DNA of 64,000 bases from Acidobacteriota bacterium (GTDB taxonomy: Bacteria; Acidobacteriota; Thermoanaerobaculia; Gp7-AA8), in assembly GCA_019244185.1 (NCBI GenBank), contig JAFATB010000025.1, forward strand, positions 1 through 64,000, read 5' to 3'. The position numbers were made by a program, and so were the translations under genes. Below the pieces are notes generated by a model. The model worked only from the letters and a program-made list of their open reading frames with translations, made no database searches and had not been told where the DNA came from. Shown piece after piece: positions 17,202-26,758 of the stretch. The stretch's first letter is position 1; each line of letters opens with the position of its first letter.

Positions 17202-18477
17202 CCTCGTCTTCCTCCTCGTCGCGTCGCCAGTCGGGATCCTTCGACACGCGCACGCGATAGATGCGGCGGCGGTCGGCGCGTTCCACTTCGAAGCGATAGC
17301 CGTTCTTCGTCACGACCGCGCCGACCTTCGGGACGCGGCCGAGCGTCGTGAAGATGAGCCCCGCGACGGTCTCGTAGTCGTCGCCGGAGAGGTCGGCGTC
17401 GAGCTTTTCCTCGAGCTGTTCGACGCGCAGCAAACCGTTGACGAGAAGGTTGCCGTCGCCGACGTCGACGATCGTCACTTCCTCGTCCTCGTGCTCGTCC
17501 GCGATCTCGCCGACGATTTCCTCGACGATGTCCTCGGTCGTCACGATGCCGGCGGTGCCGCCGTACTCGTCGACGACGATTGCGATCTGCAGATGCTCGG
17601 TCTGGAACTCGCGCAGCAGCTCGGAAACCTTCTTCGTTTCGGAGACGAAGTACGGCTCGCGCGCGAGCTCGGCGACCGGCTTCGTCTCGCCGCGCAGGAT
17701 CGCGTCGAAGAGCTCCTTGATGTGCACGATGCCGGTGATCTGGTCGATGCTCGTCCCGTAGATCGGGATGCGCGAGTATTTCGACTCGCTGAAGAGCTTC
17801 GCCAGCTCGTCCATCGGATGGCGTGCGTCGAAGGCGAGGACGTCGATGCGCGGCGTCATGATCTCGTGCGCGAGCCGGTCGCCGAAGTCGACGATCGACT
17901 GCAGCATGCGTCCTTCCGACGCCTCGAGCACACCCGCTTCCTCGCCGACGTCGATGTACGCGCGCACTTCCTCGTCGGTGACTTCCTCTTCCTCGTCGTC
18001 GTTTTCCTCCGCCGACTCGAGCCGCTCGAGCAGCCGGCGCAGCGGATAGAGGAACGGCCAGAAGAGGTAGTAGCCGACGTGCGAGAGCGGCACGAGCAGC
18101 CGCAGCATCGTCTCGCCCGTGTCTTCCGGAATCAGCGCGAGCGCGTACTTCCACGCGAAGACGACCACGCACCAGATCAGAACGCTCGTGAAGATCGCCA
18201 CGCCGAAGCTGCGATCGCTCAAGGCCATCGCCGTCGAGCCGGCGCCAATCACGAGCGCGACCTGCAGCAACGCGCCGCTGACGAACTGGAAGTCTTCGAC
18301 GTCGAAGGCCATCCATCGCGAGCCGTTCTCCTCGGAGCTCGTGCTGAGGCGATGCAGGCGCACGGGGCTGAGCTGCAGCGCGAACGAGCGCAGCGCGTCG
18401 AAGACGAGATAGAAGATTCCGCAGAGGATCGCGAGCAGAGACCAGAGGATGTGCGGGTGCGGGATGCTACTTCCCAT
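17194..18477 (-). CDS. Hemolysin/CNNM-family protein with CBS pair and CorC/HlyC domain
   Basis: N-terminal TMs, [47 protein letters not shown]. Confidence 0.92.
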   Translation of the reverse strand: MGSSIPHPHILWSLLAILCGIFYLVFDALRSFALQLSPVRLHRLSTSSEENGSRWMAFDVEDFQFVSGALLQVALVIGAGSTAMALSDRSFGVAIFTSVLIWCVVVFAWKYALALIPEDTGETMLRLLVPLSHVGYYLFWPFLYPLRRLLERLESAEENDDEEEEVTDEEVRAYIDVGEEAGVLEASEGRMLQSIVDFGDRLAHEIMTPRIDVLAFDARHPMDELAKLFSESKYSRIPIYGTSIDQITGIVHIKELFDAILRGETKPVAELAREPYFVSETKKVSELLREFQTEHLQIAIVVDEYGGTAGIVTTEDIVEEIVGEIADEHEDEEVTIVDVGDGNLLVNGLLRVEQLEEKLDADLSGDDYETVAGLIFTTLGRVPKVGAVVTKNGYRFEVERADRRRIYRVRVSKDPDWRRDEEEDEDV

Positions 18478-18489
18478 GCGCGGTGCGGG

Positions 18490-18960
18490 CTAGCTTAGCA
18501 GCATCACGACGAGCGCCGCGACGAGGCTCGCCTGCAGCAGCCGCTCGGCGCGGCGGTGGAGCGCCTGAAACGCGCGGCGCGTCGGATCGTCTTCACCCAT
18601 CTCCGGCGTCAGATGCACGCGCCGGGCCTCCAGCGCTTTCTCGAGCACCGCGATCTCGTAGACGAGGCTGGCAGCCATGAACGCGATGGCCAGCCAGCGG
18701 ATGCCGATCCAGACATTCGCGTTGTGCTCCCACAGCGCGAACTTGACCGCCGCGGCGAGGACGATCGCGATCAGCGCGCCGAGGCGCACGCGCGCGAAAC
18801 GGCGGAGCGTGGGACCGAAGATCGCGCCCGCCTGCGGACGCGGCAACGCGCGGAAGAGTCCCGGCGCGACGAGCGCGCCGAGCACGAGCGTGCCGCCAAC
18901 CCACAGCGCCAGTCCGAGGTGCGCGACGAGATTCGTGAACAGATACAGCCAGTTGGGCAT
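18490..18960 (-). CDS. DUF4149/TMEM205-like membrane protein
   Basis: Four TMs; LWVGG...VAPGLF..LPR..AG.IF; FQALHR. Confidence 0.8.
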   Translation of the reverse strand: MPNWLYLFTNLVAHLGLALWVGGTLVLGALVAPGLFRALPRPQAGAIFGPTLRRFARVRLGALIAIVLAAAVKFALWEHNANVWIGIRWLAIAFMAASLVYEIAVLEKALEARRVHLTPEMGEDDPTRRAFQALHRRAERLLQASLVAALVVMLLS

Positions 18961-18991
18961 TTTTCGCGGCGCAAGCGTAATCTAAAGAAGC

Positions 18992-19672
18992 ATGAACGCG
19001 CTCCTTCTCCTGCTCACGCTCACGACCTCGACGCTCGTGTTGCGCTCCGGCGATCGGATCACCGTCGAGGGAGACGTTCGCGAGACGAACGGCGTGGTGA
19101 CGTTCCGCGCAAACGGCCTGCTCTATTCGATGCCGGCGTCGGAAGTCGACGTCGACGCGACGAAGAACGCGGGCACGAACGCGGAGTGGCGCCGCCGCGC
19201 CGCGGACGCCGACGCGAAGCCGGCGCCGCAGCCGAAAGTGAAGCTGAAGGTCTCCGAGGCGGAGCGGAAGCGGCTGCTCGAACAGCTCGAGAACAATCAT
19301 TCCGGATCGCCGGCGCCGCCGTCGCAGAGCGTCGTGGACGGTCCGCACATCAAGGTCACCGAGCCGACGCCGCCCCCGGGCGACGAATGGAGCTGGCGTC
19401 ATCAGGCGCAGGCGCACGAGGAAGCGATCCGCCGCGCGAAAGAAGAAGTGGCCATGCTCGAGTCGCGCGCGCAGCAGCTCGAGTCGGAGATCCGCGGCTT
19501 CTTCGCCCTCGGCTACAAGGCGAGCCAGTTCACGTACCAGTCGACGCAGCTCCAGCAGGCGCGCGAACAGCTGCCTTACGCGCAGCTCGAGGTGACGCGC
19601 GCCGAGCGCGCGTACGAGCAGTTCCGTGAGGAAGCCCGCCGCCAGGGCGTGCTGCCCGGATGGCTGCGCTGA
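18992..19672 (+). CDS. Secreted hypothetical protein (small beta domain plus coiled coil)
   Basis: Hydrophobic N-terminus; LVLRSGDRI; DEWSWR...EEARRQGVLPGWLR. Confidence 0.75.
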   Translation: MNALLLLLTLTTSTLVLRSGDRITVEGDVRETNGVVTFRANGLLYSMPASEVDVDATKNAGTNAEWRRRAADADAKPAPQPKVKLKVSEAERKRLLEQLENNHSGSPAPPSQSVVDGPHIKVTEPTPPPGDEWSWRHQAQAHEEAIRRAKEEVAMLESRAQQLESEIRGFFALGYKASQFTYQSTQLQQAREQLPYAQLEVTRAERAYEQFREEARRQGVLPGWLR

Positions 19673-20088
19673 CGCCGGAGCCGCGTCCGAAAATCCCCAT
19701 CGGTCTCGTGCTGCGCCGCGGCCTCCGCCGCCGCTGCCCGCGCTGCGGCGAAGGTCCGCTCTTCCGCCGCTGGATCGAGGTGCACGAGCGCTGCTCCGCG
19801 TGCGGCCTGCTCTATCAGACCGATCACGGCGACACGTGGGGCTTCGTGCTGATCATGGACCGCGTGCCGCTCTTCATCGGCATCGTGCTGGTCTACTTCG
19901 GCTTCCGCTCGACCTCGATGACGTTGGGCATCGGCTTTCTCGTCGGCCTGCTCGTGCCGCTCATCGCCACGACGCCGAATCGCGAAGGGCTCGCGATCGC
20001 GATGGTGTACCTCTGGCGGATCTATCTCCCCGATCCGTCCGATCCGATTCACCAGCGCGAGTACGTGATCGAAAAGCGCGGCAACTGA
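19660..20088 (+). CDS. DUF983-family zinc-ribbon membrane protein
   Basis: RGLRRRCPRCGEGPLF...CSACG plus two TMs. Confidence 0.85.
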   Translation: MAALTPEPRPKIPIGLVLRRGLRRRCPRCGEGPLFRRWIEVHERCSACGLLYQTDHGDTWGFVLIMDRVPLFIGIVLVYFGFRSTSMTLGIGFLVGLLVPLIATTPNREGLAIAMVYLWRIYLPDPSDPIHQREYVIEKRGN

Positions 20089-20094
20089 TGCGCG

Positions 20095-20880
20095 TCACCC
20101 CTTCTCGCTCTTCGTGACGAAGGATGTGTAGCTGGCGATCGTCAGCAGCACGAACGCGAGCGCCGCGAGCCAATGGAAGCGCGTCGACGCCCCGAACGCC
20201 GCGCCTTTCGGCTTGTCCTGCAGGTAATGCACGATCGTGTACGCGTACGGCCACCAGATCGCGTAACGCGACGACACCGCCGCGAGCGCGCCGACCCACG
20301 CGAGAAAGCCGACGCCGATCGGGACGAGCACGTTGTTCGCGCGCAGCGACATGAGGTACTGCGCCGCGACGATCGGCAGGCAGTCGAGAAAGTAGAGCGC
20401 GTTCTCGCGCAGCAACGGCAGCGAGAAGAACGTCGACGTGAGACGCGGCACGTTTGGCACGAGGACGTACGGGATCATCGCCGAGAGCCAGATGCCGAGG
20501 CTGAAGAGCGCGAGGAACTCGACCAGCATCACCAGGATCACGGAGAGCTTCGAGAGGAACAGCACGTGCGCGCTGAGCGGCAGCGCGTGCACCTGCTTCC
20601 ACGCGTTGCTGCGGAACTCGATCTGCGCGATGAGACTCGTCGCGAGGATCGCGCCGAGCGGCAGGAAGAAAATCGCCATCGACTCCCACGAGCTGCGCCA
20701 GAGGTCCGCCCAGAACGCCGGCGCGGCGTAGACGCCCGCCAGCGTGCGGAAGTGGATGAGCCGCACGACCGCGACGATCGCCGGCGTGAAGAGCGCGCCT
20801 CCGATGACGAGCGCGGAGGCGAAGCTGCGCTTGCGCTTGAGCCATTCGCTGTGAAACGCGCGGACGAACGGGAAGTCCAT
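20095..20880 (-). CDS. ABC-2-type permease (lantibiotic/bacitracin immunity-like)
   Basis: SEWLKRKRS; IEFRSNAWKQVHALP; LFLSK; multiple TMs. Confidence 0.85.
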   Translation of the reverse strand: MDFPFVRAFHSEWLKRKRSFASALVIGGALFTPAIVAVVRLIHFRTLAGVYAAPAFWADLWRSSWESMAIFFLPLGAILATSLIAQIEFRSNAWKQVHALPLSAHVLFLSKLSVILVMLVEFLALFSLGIWLSAMIPYVLVPNVPRLTSTFFSLPLLRENALYFLDCLPIVAAQYLMSLRANNVLVPIGVGFLAWVGALAAVSSRYAIWWPYAYTIVHYLQDKPKGAAFGASTRFHWLAALAFVLLTIASYTSFVTKSEKG

Positions 20881-20883
20881 CGC

Positions 20884-21786
20884 TTACTCCCTCACCAGGT
20901 TCAGGAAGATCGTCTCGAGATCGTTGTGCACGCTGCGGATCTCGTAGACGTCGAGGTTGCGCATGACGAGCTGCTTGTTGATCGCGGCGATGCGCGGACC
21001 GGGCAGCGCGGGGAGCACGAGCTCGTCGTCGGCGAGCTTCGCGTCGACGCCGGCGTGCGCGAGCGCGCGCAGCGCCTCGACGTTGTCGCTCGTCGACACG
21101 CGCACGGAGAGCACCTGTTGGCGATGGCGCCGCAGTTCGTCGATCGTCCCCTGAAAGAGCAGCCGCCCTTTGCCGAGGATGCCGACGTGCGTCGCGACGC
21201 GCTCGACTTCGGCGAGGAGATGGCTGGAGACGAGAATCGTGCAGCCCTGCGTGCGATTCAGCTCGACGAGCAGGTTGCGGATCTCGATGATCCCTTCGGG
21301 GTCGAGGCCGTTCGTCGGCTCGTCGAGGATGATGAGCGACGGCCGGTGCAGCAGCGCCGCGGCGATTGCGAGCCGTTGGCGCATGCCGAGCGAGAACTGC
21401 TTCGCGCGCTTCGAGCCGGTGTGCGCGAGGCCGACGAGCGCGAGGACTTCGGCGATGCGGCTTTCGGGACAGCGATGCACGACCTGCATCACGCGCAGGT
21501 TCTCGGCGGCGCTCAAGTGATCGTAGAGCGACGGGCTCTCGATCATCGAGCCGACGCGCGCGAGGATCTCGAGGCGGTGCTCGGCAAACGGCTTGTCGAA
21601 GACGCGGATCGCGCCGTGCTGAATTTTCAGCAGGCCGAGGATGAGCCGCAGCGTCGTCGTCTTGCCGGCGCCGTTCGGGCCGAGGAAGCCGTAGATGCTG
21701 CCGGCGGGGACCTGGAGGTCGATGCCGCGGAGGACGTCGTGGGTGCCGAAGCGGTGGCGGAGATCTGCGGTTTCGAGGGCGAGCAT
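20884..21786 (-). CDS. ABC transporter ATP-binding protein (BcrA/LanF-like)
   Basis: GPNGAGKTT, FSLGMRQRL, ILDEPTNGLDP, VSSHLL. Confidence 0.95.
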   Translation of the reverse strand: MLALETADLRHRFGTHDVLRGIDLQVPAGSIYGFLGPNGAGKTTTLRLILGLLKIQHGAIRVFDKPFAEHRLEILARVGSMIESPSLYDHLSAAENLRVMQVVHRCPESRIAEVLALVGLAHTGSKRAKQFSLGMRQRLAIAAALLHRPSLIILDEPTNGLDPEGIIEIRNLLVELNRTQGCTILVSSHLLAEVERVATHVGILGKGRLLFQGTIDELRRHRQQVLSVRVSTSDNVEALRALAHAGVDAKLADDELVLPALPGPRIAAINKQLVMRNLDVYEIRSVHNDLETIFLNLVRE

Positions 21787-21794
21787 GGCGTTGA

Positions 21795-21815
21795 AATTTA
21801 AGTCTAACTTAAATT
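21795..21815. promoter_or_regulatory. AT-rich perfect palindrome, putative operator in divergent promoter region
   Basis: AATTTAAGT-CTA-ACTTAAATT in the 40-bp gap between divergent genes. Confidence 0.7.
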
Positions 21816-21826
21816 AACATCGCGCC

Positions 21827-22342
21827 ATGGAGCGGTCAATCCCAAACGAAACAGCCACATCGATTCGCGAGCACGGCGCGCGGATGCGAAGCTTCGTGAC
21901 GATTCTCTGGGTCATCTGCCTGACGCTGGTCGTGCTCGAACGGTTCAGCGCGGCGGGCATTCGCGTGGTGCAGACGGACTTTGCGAGCGACGCGCTGCGC
22001 GCGTTCGCGTGTCAGTTCGCGGCCGCGTTCCCGGAGGCGTTGTTTCTCCTCGCGTTGTGGTGGGTGCGCGCGGCGCTCGCGGACATCGCGCGCGGCGCAC
22101 TGTTCGCGATGCCGATGACGCGCATGCTCGATCGGGTAGGGATTGTGCTCGCGTGCGGCGCGTTCGCGCGCATCGTCCTCGTGCCCGGCGCCTGCCGCCT
22201 CCTCGGCTTCAGCGCGGGACATTGGATCGCCTTCGACGCGGAAGGCATGGTCCTCGCCGCACTCGGGCTCGCGCTGAAAGCGATTGCCGGCGTGCTGCGA
22301 CAAGCGTCGCGCATTCAATCCGAGCTCGACGAGATCTTCTGA
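21827..22342 (+). CDS. DUF2975-family membrane protein
   Basis: Four TMs; ends RQASRIQSELDEIF; coupled to HTH gene. Confidence 0.8.
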   Translation: MERSIPNETATSIREHGARMRSFVTILWVICLTLVVLERFSAAGIRVVQTDFASDALRAFACQFAAAFPEALFLLALWWVRAALADIARGALFAMPMTRMLDRVGIVLACGAFARIVLVPGACRLLGFSAGHWIAFDAEGMVLAALGLALKAIAGVLRQASRIQSELDEIF

Positions 22343-22584
22343 TGCCGATCGTGATCACCATCGACGGCGTGCTCGCGGCGCGCAAACGCAAGGCGAAGGA
22401 GCTCGCCGCGGCGATCGGCGTCAGCGAAACGCACCTCTCGCTCTTCCGCTCGGGCAAGGTGCGCGGCGTACGCTTCTCGACGCTGGCGAAGTTGTGCGCG
22501 GCTCTCGACTGCCAGCCCGGCGACCTGCTCGCGTATCAGCCCGATCCGAACGATCTCGCATCGCCGGACGAGGGCGAGGAATGA
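22342..22584 (+). CDS. XRE/YozG-like helix-turn-helix transcriptional regulator
   Basis: Start ATG 22342 (TGATG); MPIVITIDGVLAARK...GKVRGVRFSTLAKLCAALDCQPGDLL. Confidence 0.9.
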   Translation: MPIVITIDGVLAARKRKAKELAAAIGVSETHLSLFRSGKVRGVRFSTLAKLCAALDCQPGDLLAYQPDPNDLASPDEGEE

Positions 22585-22593
22585 CGCGCGGCC

Positions 22594-23244
22594 CTACGGC
22601 TGCGGGCCGAAGGTCTCGCTGATCGTCTGCGACGGGTCGACGTCGATCGCTTCGAGCGCGCGTTTCGCGCGTTCGAGGAACGGATCGAAGCCGGCGGCCA
22701 TCACCACGCCGTCCTTGATCGCGGCGCGGTTGCGGTCGACGAGCGTCTCAATGGAGCCGGCCTCGTGGACGATCTGGCCCGCGCGCGCGAGCGGATCGAA
22801 GTCGCCGGCGTAGAGGATGTGGCGCTGGTCGGGCTCGTAGAGCACCGTGATCGCGCGCGGATCCTTCTCGGCGAGCATGTACAGAACGATGCTGCGCACC
22901 GGCGCGATACCGACGTCGCCGGCGAGGAAGACCACGCCGCGCCGGTCATCATTCGGGAGAAGAAAATCTCCGTAAGGACCCTCGACGACGACTTCCGCAC
23001 CTGCTTCCAATTTCCGGAGCGCCTCTCCACCCTTCCCCACCCCCACCCGGACGCAAAGCTGGACTGCCTCCGGACGCTGCGGCGCGGACGCGATCGTGTA
23101 GGCGCGCGACGGCCCGCCCTCGGGAAAACGGAAGTTCACCCACTGCCCCGGCTGGAACCGGAACTCCTGGGAGAACGAAACCGTGAGCTGCAGGACGCTG
23201 GGGGCGAGGGCCTGGATCTCCGTCACAATCGCCGTCTGTCGCAT
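22594..23244 (-). CDS. FAD-dependent oxidoreductase (FNR-like)
   Basis: FQPGQW, RAYTIAS, EGPYGDF, LAGDVGIAP. Confidence 0.85.
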   Translation of the reverse strand: MRQTAIVTEIQALAPSVLQLTVSFSQEFRFQPGQWVNFRFPEGGPSRAYTIASAPQRPEAVQLCVRVGVGKGGEALRKLEAGAEVVVEGPYGDFLLPNDDRRGVVFLAGDVGIAPVRSIVLYMLAEKDPRAITVLYEPDQRHILYAGDFDPLARAGQIVHEAGSIETLVDRNRAAIKDGVVMAAGFDPFLERAKRALEAIDVDPSQTISETFGPQP

Positions 23245-23263
23245 CGCGGCGATTCTAATCGAA

Positions 23264-23779
23264 TCAGCCCCACATGCCGGACCGCGCGAGCTTGGCGATC
23301 TTCTTGAGGATGCGGTCCTTCTTCAGGCCGCGCAGATGATCGACGAACAGCGTGCCGTTGAGGTGGTCGATCTCGTGGCACATCGCGCGCGCCATGAGGC
23401 CTTCGCCCCACATCTCGCGCGTCGCGCCGGTGCGGTCCTGATAGCGCAGCTTCACGCGCTCGGGACGCGTCACCACCTCGACGAAGTCGGGGATCGAGAG
23501 ACAGCCTTCTTCCTCGGTGATCTCGCCGGTGGCGTCGATCATCTCCGGGTTGATGAAGACGTGGCATTCGCCGGCGCGCTTGCCGACGGAGAGGTCGATG
23601 ACCATCACCCGCTGCGAGACGCCGACCTGATTCGCCGCGAGGCCGACGCCCGGTGCGGCGTACATCGTGTCGATCATGTCGTCGATGAGCGTCTGCAACG
23701 CGGCGTCGATCTCGGCCACCGGCCGCGCGGGCAGGCGGAGCACGTCGTCGCCGTATTTGCGGATGGGAAGAACGGCCAA
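23264..23779 (-). CDS. def: Peptide deformylase
   Basis: GVGLAANQ, EEGCLS, HEIDHLNG. Confidence 0.97.
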   Translation of the reverse strand: MAVLPIRKYGDDVLRLPARPVAEIDAALQTLIDDMIDTMYAAPGVGLAANQVGVSQRVMVIDLSVGKRAGECHVFINPEMIDATGEITEEEGCLSIPDFVEVVTRPERVKLRYQDRTGATREMWGEGLMARAMCHEIDHLNGTLFVDHLRGLKKDRILKKIAKLARSGMWG

Positions 23780-23781
23780 AC

Positions 23782-24534
23782 CTATCTCCTCTTCAGGCTC
23801 TCGATCATCGCCTCGACGGTGTGCTCCGCGCGCTTCTTGTAGAAGTCGTCGAGAACCTTGCGGAGTCCGGGATAGCGTTCCAGCACGGCATCGAGCTTGT
23901 CTCGGTCGAGGCGAAGGAGCTCGGTGCGCTGCGACGCGGTGATCGTCGCCGTGCGCGGTTTCCCGGTCAACACGCTGACTTCTCCGAAAAAATCCCCTTC
24001 GGTGAGGCGCGCCAGATAGACCGTGCTGCCCGACGCGGGGCTGCGCGTGTAGACCTTCACTTCGCCCGACGCGATGAGATACATCGACGAGCCGGGATCG
24101 CCTTCGTTGATGATGACGCTCCCCTCGTCGTGCGTCTCCACTTCCATCTCGCGCACGATCGCCTCGCGCTCTTCGGTGTTCAGCACGTCGAAGAGCGGCG
24201 ACGTGAGCGGACGATGCGCGAAGAGCGGCTCGCTCTTGCCCGCCTCGTCGGCCGGCGGCTGTTTCGCCGCGAGCTGCTCGCTGACCTTCTCGGCCTTCTT
24301 GCGCACGGCGATGGCCTGCACGGTGAGGCCGTTGTCCTCGTAGTAGTGCGCGGTAGCCTCGTACTGCTTGATCGCCTCTTCGATGTCGCCGTTGCCGGCG
24401 AGCGAATCGGCGTACTGCAGGCGGATGCGCGGGTTCGACGGATACTTCTCGTGCTCGCGCTTGAGGACGGGAACCGCGCGCGCGTATTCGCGCCGCGCCA
24501 GCAGCGTCGCGCCGCTTTCGGTTTCTTCAGCCAT
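23782..24534 (-). CDS. TPR plus cyclic-nucleotide-binding domain protein
   Basis: N-terminal TPR-like helices; EGDPGSSMYLIASGEV...GDFFGE...PRTAT. Confidence 0.88.
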   Translation of the reverse strand: MAEETESGATLLARREYARAVPVLKREHEKYPSNPRIRLQYADSLAGNGDIEEAIKQYEATAHYYEDNGLTVQAIAVRKKAEKVSEQLAAKQPPADEAGKSEPLFAHRPLTSPLFDVLNTEEREAIVREMEVETHDEGSVIINEGDPGSSMYLIASGEVKVYTRSPASGSTVYLARLTEGDFFGEVSVLTGKPRTATITASQRTELLRLDRDKLDAVLERYPGLRKVLDDFYKKRAEHTVEAMIESLKRR

Positions 24535-24547
24535 ACGGCCGCGTATT

Positions 24548-24578
24548 GTAGTGGAGCGTCAGTAGTGGAGCGTCAGTA
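24548..24578. repeat. 14-bp tandem duplication at cpoB stop
   Basis: GTAGTGGAGCGTCA x2 then GTA. Confidence 0.7.
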
Positions 24579-25307
24579 CTTGATGCGCTGCAGTTCCTGC
24601 TTCGCCGTCGACGCGGGACTCGAGTACGGATAGCGCGCGATGACCTGCTGCAGCGTCTTGCGCGCGAGGGCGAGGTCGCCCGTCTTCTCCTGCGCGAGCG
24701 CGGTCTTGAAGAGCGCGTCCGGCGCCTTGTTCTGGTCGGAGTACTCGTTCCACACGCGCGCGTAGTAGCGCATCGCGTTCGTGTAGTCGCTCGCGGCGTA
24801 GTACGTCTCGCCGATCCAGAAGAGCGCGTTGTCCGCGAGATCGCCGGTCGGATCGGTGTCGAAGACCTGCTGGAACTCGCGCCGCGCTTCCGCGAGGTTG
24901 TTCCGTCCGTACAACATGATCGCCTTCCGGTACGCCTCGGCCAGATTCGCGCTGACCACCGCCGGCTGCGCCGATCCCTGCGCCGGCGCCGCGGCCGCGG
25001 ACGGCGACTGCACCGGCGCGGACGGCTGCGGCGGCGCGGGACGCTCGCTCGGCAGCGCGCGCTCGACCGGCGCCGGACGTTCGGCGACCGTCACCGGCGC
25101 GGGCGCCGAACGCGTTTCCTCGAGCCGCGCGATGCGGTCGTTGAGCACGTCGATGCGCTCGAGGAGCTCCGTGAGCGACGTCTGCATCTCGCCGATGCGC
25201 GGATCGGGTGCGAGCGCGGGCGGCGCGGACGTCACCGGTCCGTCGTCACCCGTCGTCGCGCAGGCGGCGAGAAGAACGAGAGCGGCGGACGCGAGGAACG
25301 ATTTCAT
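24573..25307 (-). CDS. cpoB: Tol-Pal system protein YbgF/CpoB (lipoprotein)
   Basis: Lipobox LAAC; coiled coil; ADNALFWIGE, KAPDALFK, YPYSSPA. Confidence 0.85.
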   Translation of the reverse strand: MKSFLASAALVLLAACATTGDDGPVTSAPPALAPDPRIGEMQTSLTELLERIDVLNDRIARLEETRSAPAPVTVAERPAPVERALPSERPAPPQPSAPVQSPSAAAAPAQGSAQPAVVSANLAEAYRKAIMLYGRNNLAEARREFQQVFDTDPTGDLADNALFWIGETYYAASDYTNAMRYYARVWNEYSDQNKAPDALFKTALAQEKTGDLALARKTLQQVIARYPYSSPASTAKQELQRIKY

Positions 25308-26086
25308 GCTTTTATGTCGCTGAGACGGCGCTTCGCGCGCTCCGCGTAGTCGCTCTTCGGGAACTCGGTGACGACGCGCTCGAAGTAGAGCCGCGCCTCC
25401 CCTTTCCGTCCGAGACTCGCGAGGGCGCTGCCGAGGTCGTAGAAGACGCCGGCGCGGTCATCGTACTGCGGGTACGTGTCGACGAGGTAGTTCAGACGCT
25501 TGACCGCCGCGTCCCAGCTGCCGCGCTTGATGTAGAAGCGCGCCACGATGTGCTCGTGCTTCGCGAGCCGATCGTACGCATCCTGCCGCCGCGCTTCCGC
25601 CTCGGCGCGCAGCGGGCTGTTGGGATACGTGCGGATCATGTCGCTGAGCTTCTCGACCGCTTCGCGCGTCTTCGCCTGATCGCGGTCGGGGCGTTCCATC
25701 TGCCGGAACGAGCACATGCCGATGCGCAGCATCGCGTAGTCGGCCTGCTCGCTGGTGGGATAGCGGTTGATGAAGTCGCGGTACTTGTACTGCGCCTCGA
25801 CGAGGTTCACCGCGTCGCCCTGTTCGTAGAACGTGTCGGCGATGCGGAGCAGGCTGCGGCGGCCGAGGGGATCGTTTGGGTACGTTTCGTAGAGGTGCGT
25901 GTAGTACGTGCGGGCGCGCGACCAGTGGTGTTTCGCGTACTGATCCTCGCCGCGCTGGTAGAGCTCCTCTTTCGAGAGCTTGAGAAGCTCCGGGTCGACC
26001 ACGACGCGCTGGATGCGCGGCCGGTGGTGACAGGCCGCGACGAGGACCATCATCGCGACGAGACTGGCGATCTGCTTGACCTTCAA
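25304..26086 (-). CDS. bamD: Outer membrane protein assembly factor BamD
   Basis: Lipobox VAAC; FINRYPTSEQADYA; DRDQAKT; LAKHEHIVARFY. Confidence 0.9.
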   Translation of the reverse strand: MKVKQIASLVAMMVLVAACHHRPRIQRVVVDPELLKLSKEELYQRGEDQYAKHHWSRARTYYTHLYETYPNDPLGRRSLLRIADTFYEQGDAVNLVEAQYKYRDFINRYPTSEQADYAMLRIGMCSFRQMERPDRDQAKTREAVEKLSDMIRTYPNSPLRAEAEARRQDAYDRLAKHEHIVARFYIKRGSWDAAVKRLNYLVDTYPQYDDRAGVFYDLGSALASLGRKGEARLYFERVVTEFPKSDYAERAKRRLSDIKA

Positions 26087-26098
26087 ATTGCCTCCGAA

Positions 26099-26758
26099 TT
26101 AAACCCGGGTGGTGGTAACAGCGTCGCGAATCGCCCGCATTGCAGCGTCGCGGTCAGGCTTGCCGAACACGGCCGAGCCCGCAACGAGGATCGAGGCCCC
26201 CGCGTCGACCACCCGCGGCGCGGTGCCGGCGTCGATGCCGCCGTCCACCTCGATCTCGACACGGAGCCCCCTCTCGCGCACGAGCCTGGCGATATGACGG
26301 ATCTTGGGCACGACAGGTTCTATGAACTTCTGCCCGCCGAAGCCGGGATTCACAGTCATCACCAAAATGTAATCGCAGAAGTCGAGCGCGGACGTGAGCG
26401 ATTCCGCGCTCGTGGCGGGGTTGATGGCGATGCCCGCCTTCGCGCCGCCGTCGCGGATCATCTGCAGCGCGCGCTGGAGATGCGGCTCGGTCTCGATGTG
26501 GATCGAGATGAGGTCCGCGCCGGCGTCGAGGAACGCGCCGATGTAGCGCTGCGGCTCGGCGATCATCAGATGACAGTCGAACGGCAGCTTGGTGTGCTTG
26601 CGCAGCGCCTTGATCAACGCGGGGCCGATCGTGAGATTCGGCACGAAGTGGCCGTCCATCACATCGAGATGCAGCAGGTCCGCGTGTTCGACGGTCGCGA
26701 GCTCGTCGGCGAGACGCGCGAAGTCGGCGGAGAGCAGCGATGGTGCGATGCGGATCAT
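26099..26758 (-). CDS. rpe: Ribulose-phosphate 3-epimerase
   Basis: IAPSLLSADF, HLDVMDGHFVPNLT, MTVNPGFGGQKF, VDGGI. Confidence 0.98.
   Translation of the reverse strand: MIRIAPSLLSADFARLADELATVEHADLLHLDVMDGHFVPNLTIGPALIKALRKHTKLPFDCHLMIAEPQRYIGAFLDAGADLISIHIETEPHLQRALQMIRDGGAKAGIAINPATSAESLTSALDFCDYILVMTVNPGFGGQKFIEPVVPKIRHIARLVRERGLRVEIEVDGGIDAGTAPRVVDAGASILVAGSAVFGKPDRDAAMRAIRDAVTTTRV

Noticed and set aside
22594-23779. Flavin reductase as a dedicated partner of the Fe-dependent deformylase
   Set aside because: Adjacency only; the reductase has its own -10 box.
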